This document shows, in pieces, positions 63,737-64,000 of a DNA stretch of 64,000 nt. This DNA comes from a virus. A program made the position numbers and the translations under genes. Under the pieces are notes generated by a model, which had not been told where the DNA came from, ran no database searches, and saw only the letters and a list, made by a program, of their open reading frames with translations. Location of the stretch: IMG/VR virus record IMGVR_UViG_3300044530_000662, positions 53,286 to 117,285 of that record; one strand, 5' to 3'. How positions within the stretch are numbered: the stretch's first letter is position 1; each line of letters opens with the position of its first letter.

Positions 63737-64000
63737 TGACAGAGATATTCAACAGGTTAATAAATGAAAATTTAACCCCCAATACTTACTATGTTTTACA
63801 TTGTATAAAAGAAAAAATTGTACCTAATAATTTTGTCAATAAAGAATTAGAATGCAAAAGACTGCAAAAGGATCAATGGCTTACAGAAGACTTGCATTTA
63901 ACAAGCAAAAGTCTTATCTTTATGGAAGAAATTAACGGGTTCTTTAAAAGAACTAAGAAGAAAACTTCAACAGATTTAATGGGTTCAAGCTTTTTGCAAA
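63736..64000 (+). CDS. 5' part of a hypothetical protein (runs off the right edge)
   Basis: Read manually: MTEIFNRLINENLTPNTYYVLHCIKEK...; ATG overlaps the ung stop. Confidence 0.65.
   Translation, partial: MTEIFNRLINENLTPNTYYVLHCIKEKIVPNNFVNKELECKRLQKDQWLTEDLHLTSKSLIFMEEINGFFKRTKKKTSTDLMGSSFLQ

Noticed and set aside
1-64000. Stop-codon reassignment, as seen in some crAss-like phages
   Set aside because: Long genes are intact in the standard code, TAG/TGA serve as real stops and coding density is high.

Overview
This is a 64 kb, AT-rich segment of a large lytic dsDNA phage. The host is probably in Bacteroidota, judged from TAnnTTTG promoters and A-rich translation starts without Shine-Dalgarno sites. 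Gene order is crAss-like (Crassvirales-type). The minus strand (1-43.6 kb) reads from the right: a host-manipulation block (Bpt/ATE-like aminoacyl-transferase, Acb2-like protein, GroES-like protein), a fibre/lysis block, PD-(D/E)XK nuclease, terminase, portal, scaffold-like protein, major capsid protein, a cluster of very basic GG-motif proteins, a Dps-like protein, Cys-rich fibres, an IHF-like protein, ring proteins and the muzzle/tail-stabilisation protein. The plus strand (44.3-64 kb) carries an array of single-gene promoter-ORF-terminator cassettes, a ~2.3 kb ORF-poor island of structured RNA (including a twister-like ribozyme and a three-copy covarying RNA motif), a tRNA-like element, and early/middle genes (HNH, alpha-CTD fusion, SF2 helicase, ClpS-like protein, Ung, many mini-genes). 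The most notable candidate system is a phage-encoded N-degron toolkit: a Bpt/ATE-like transferase plus a ClpS-like adaptor. All family assignments are by eye from motifs; no searches were run.
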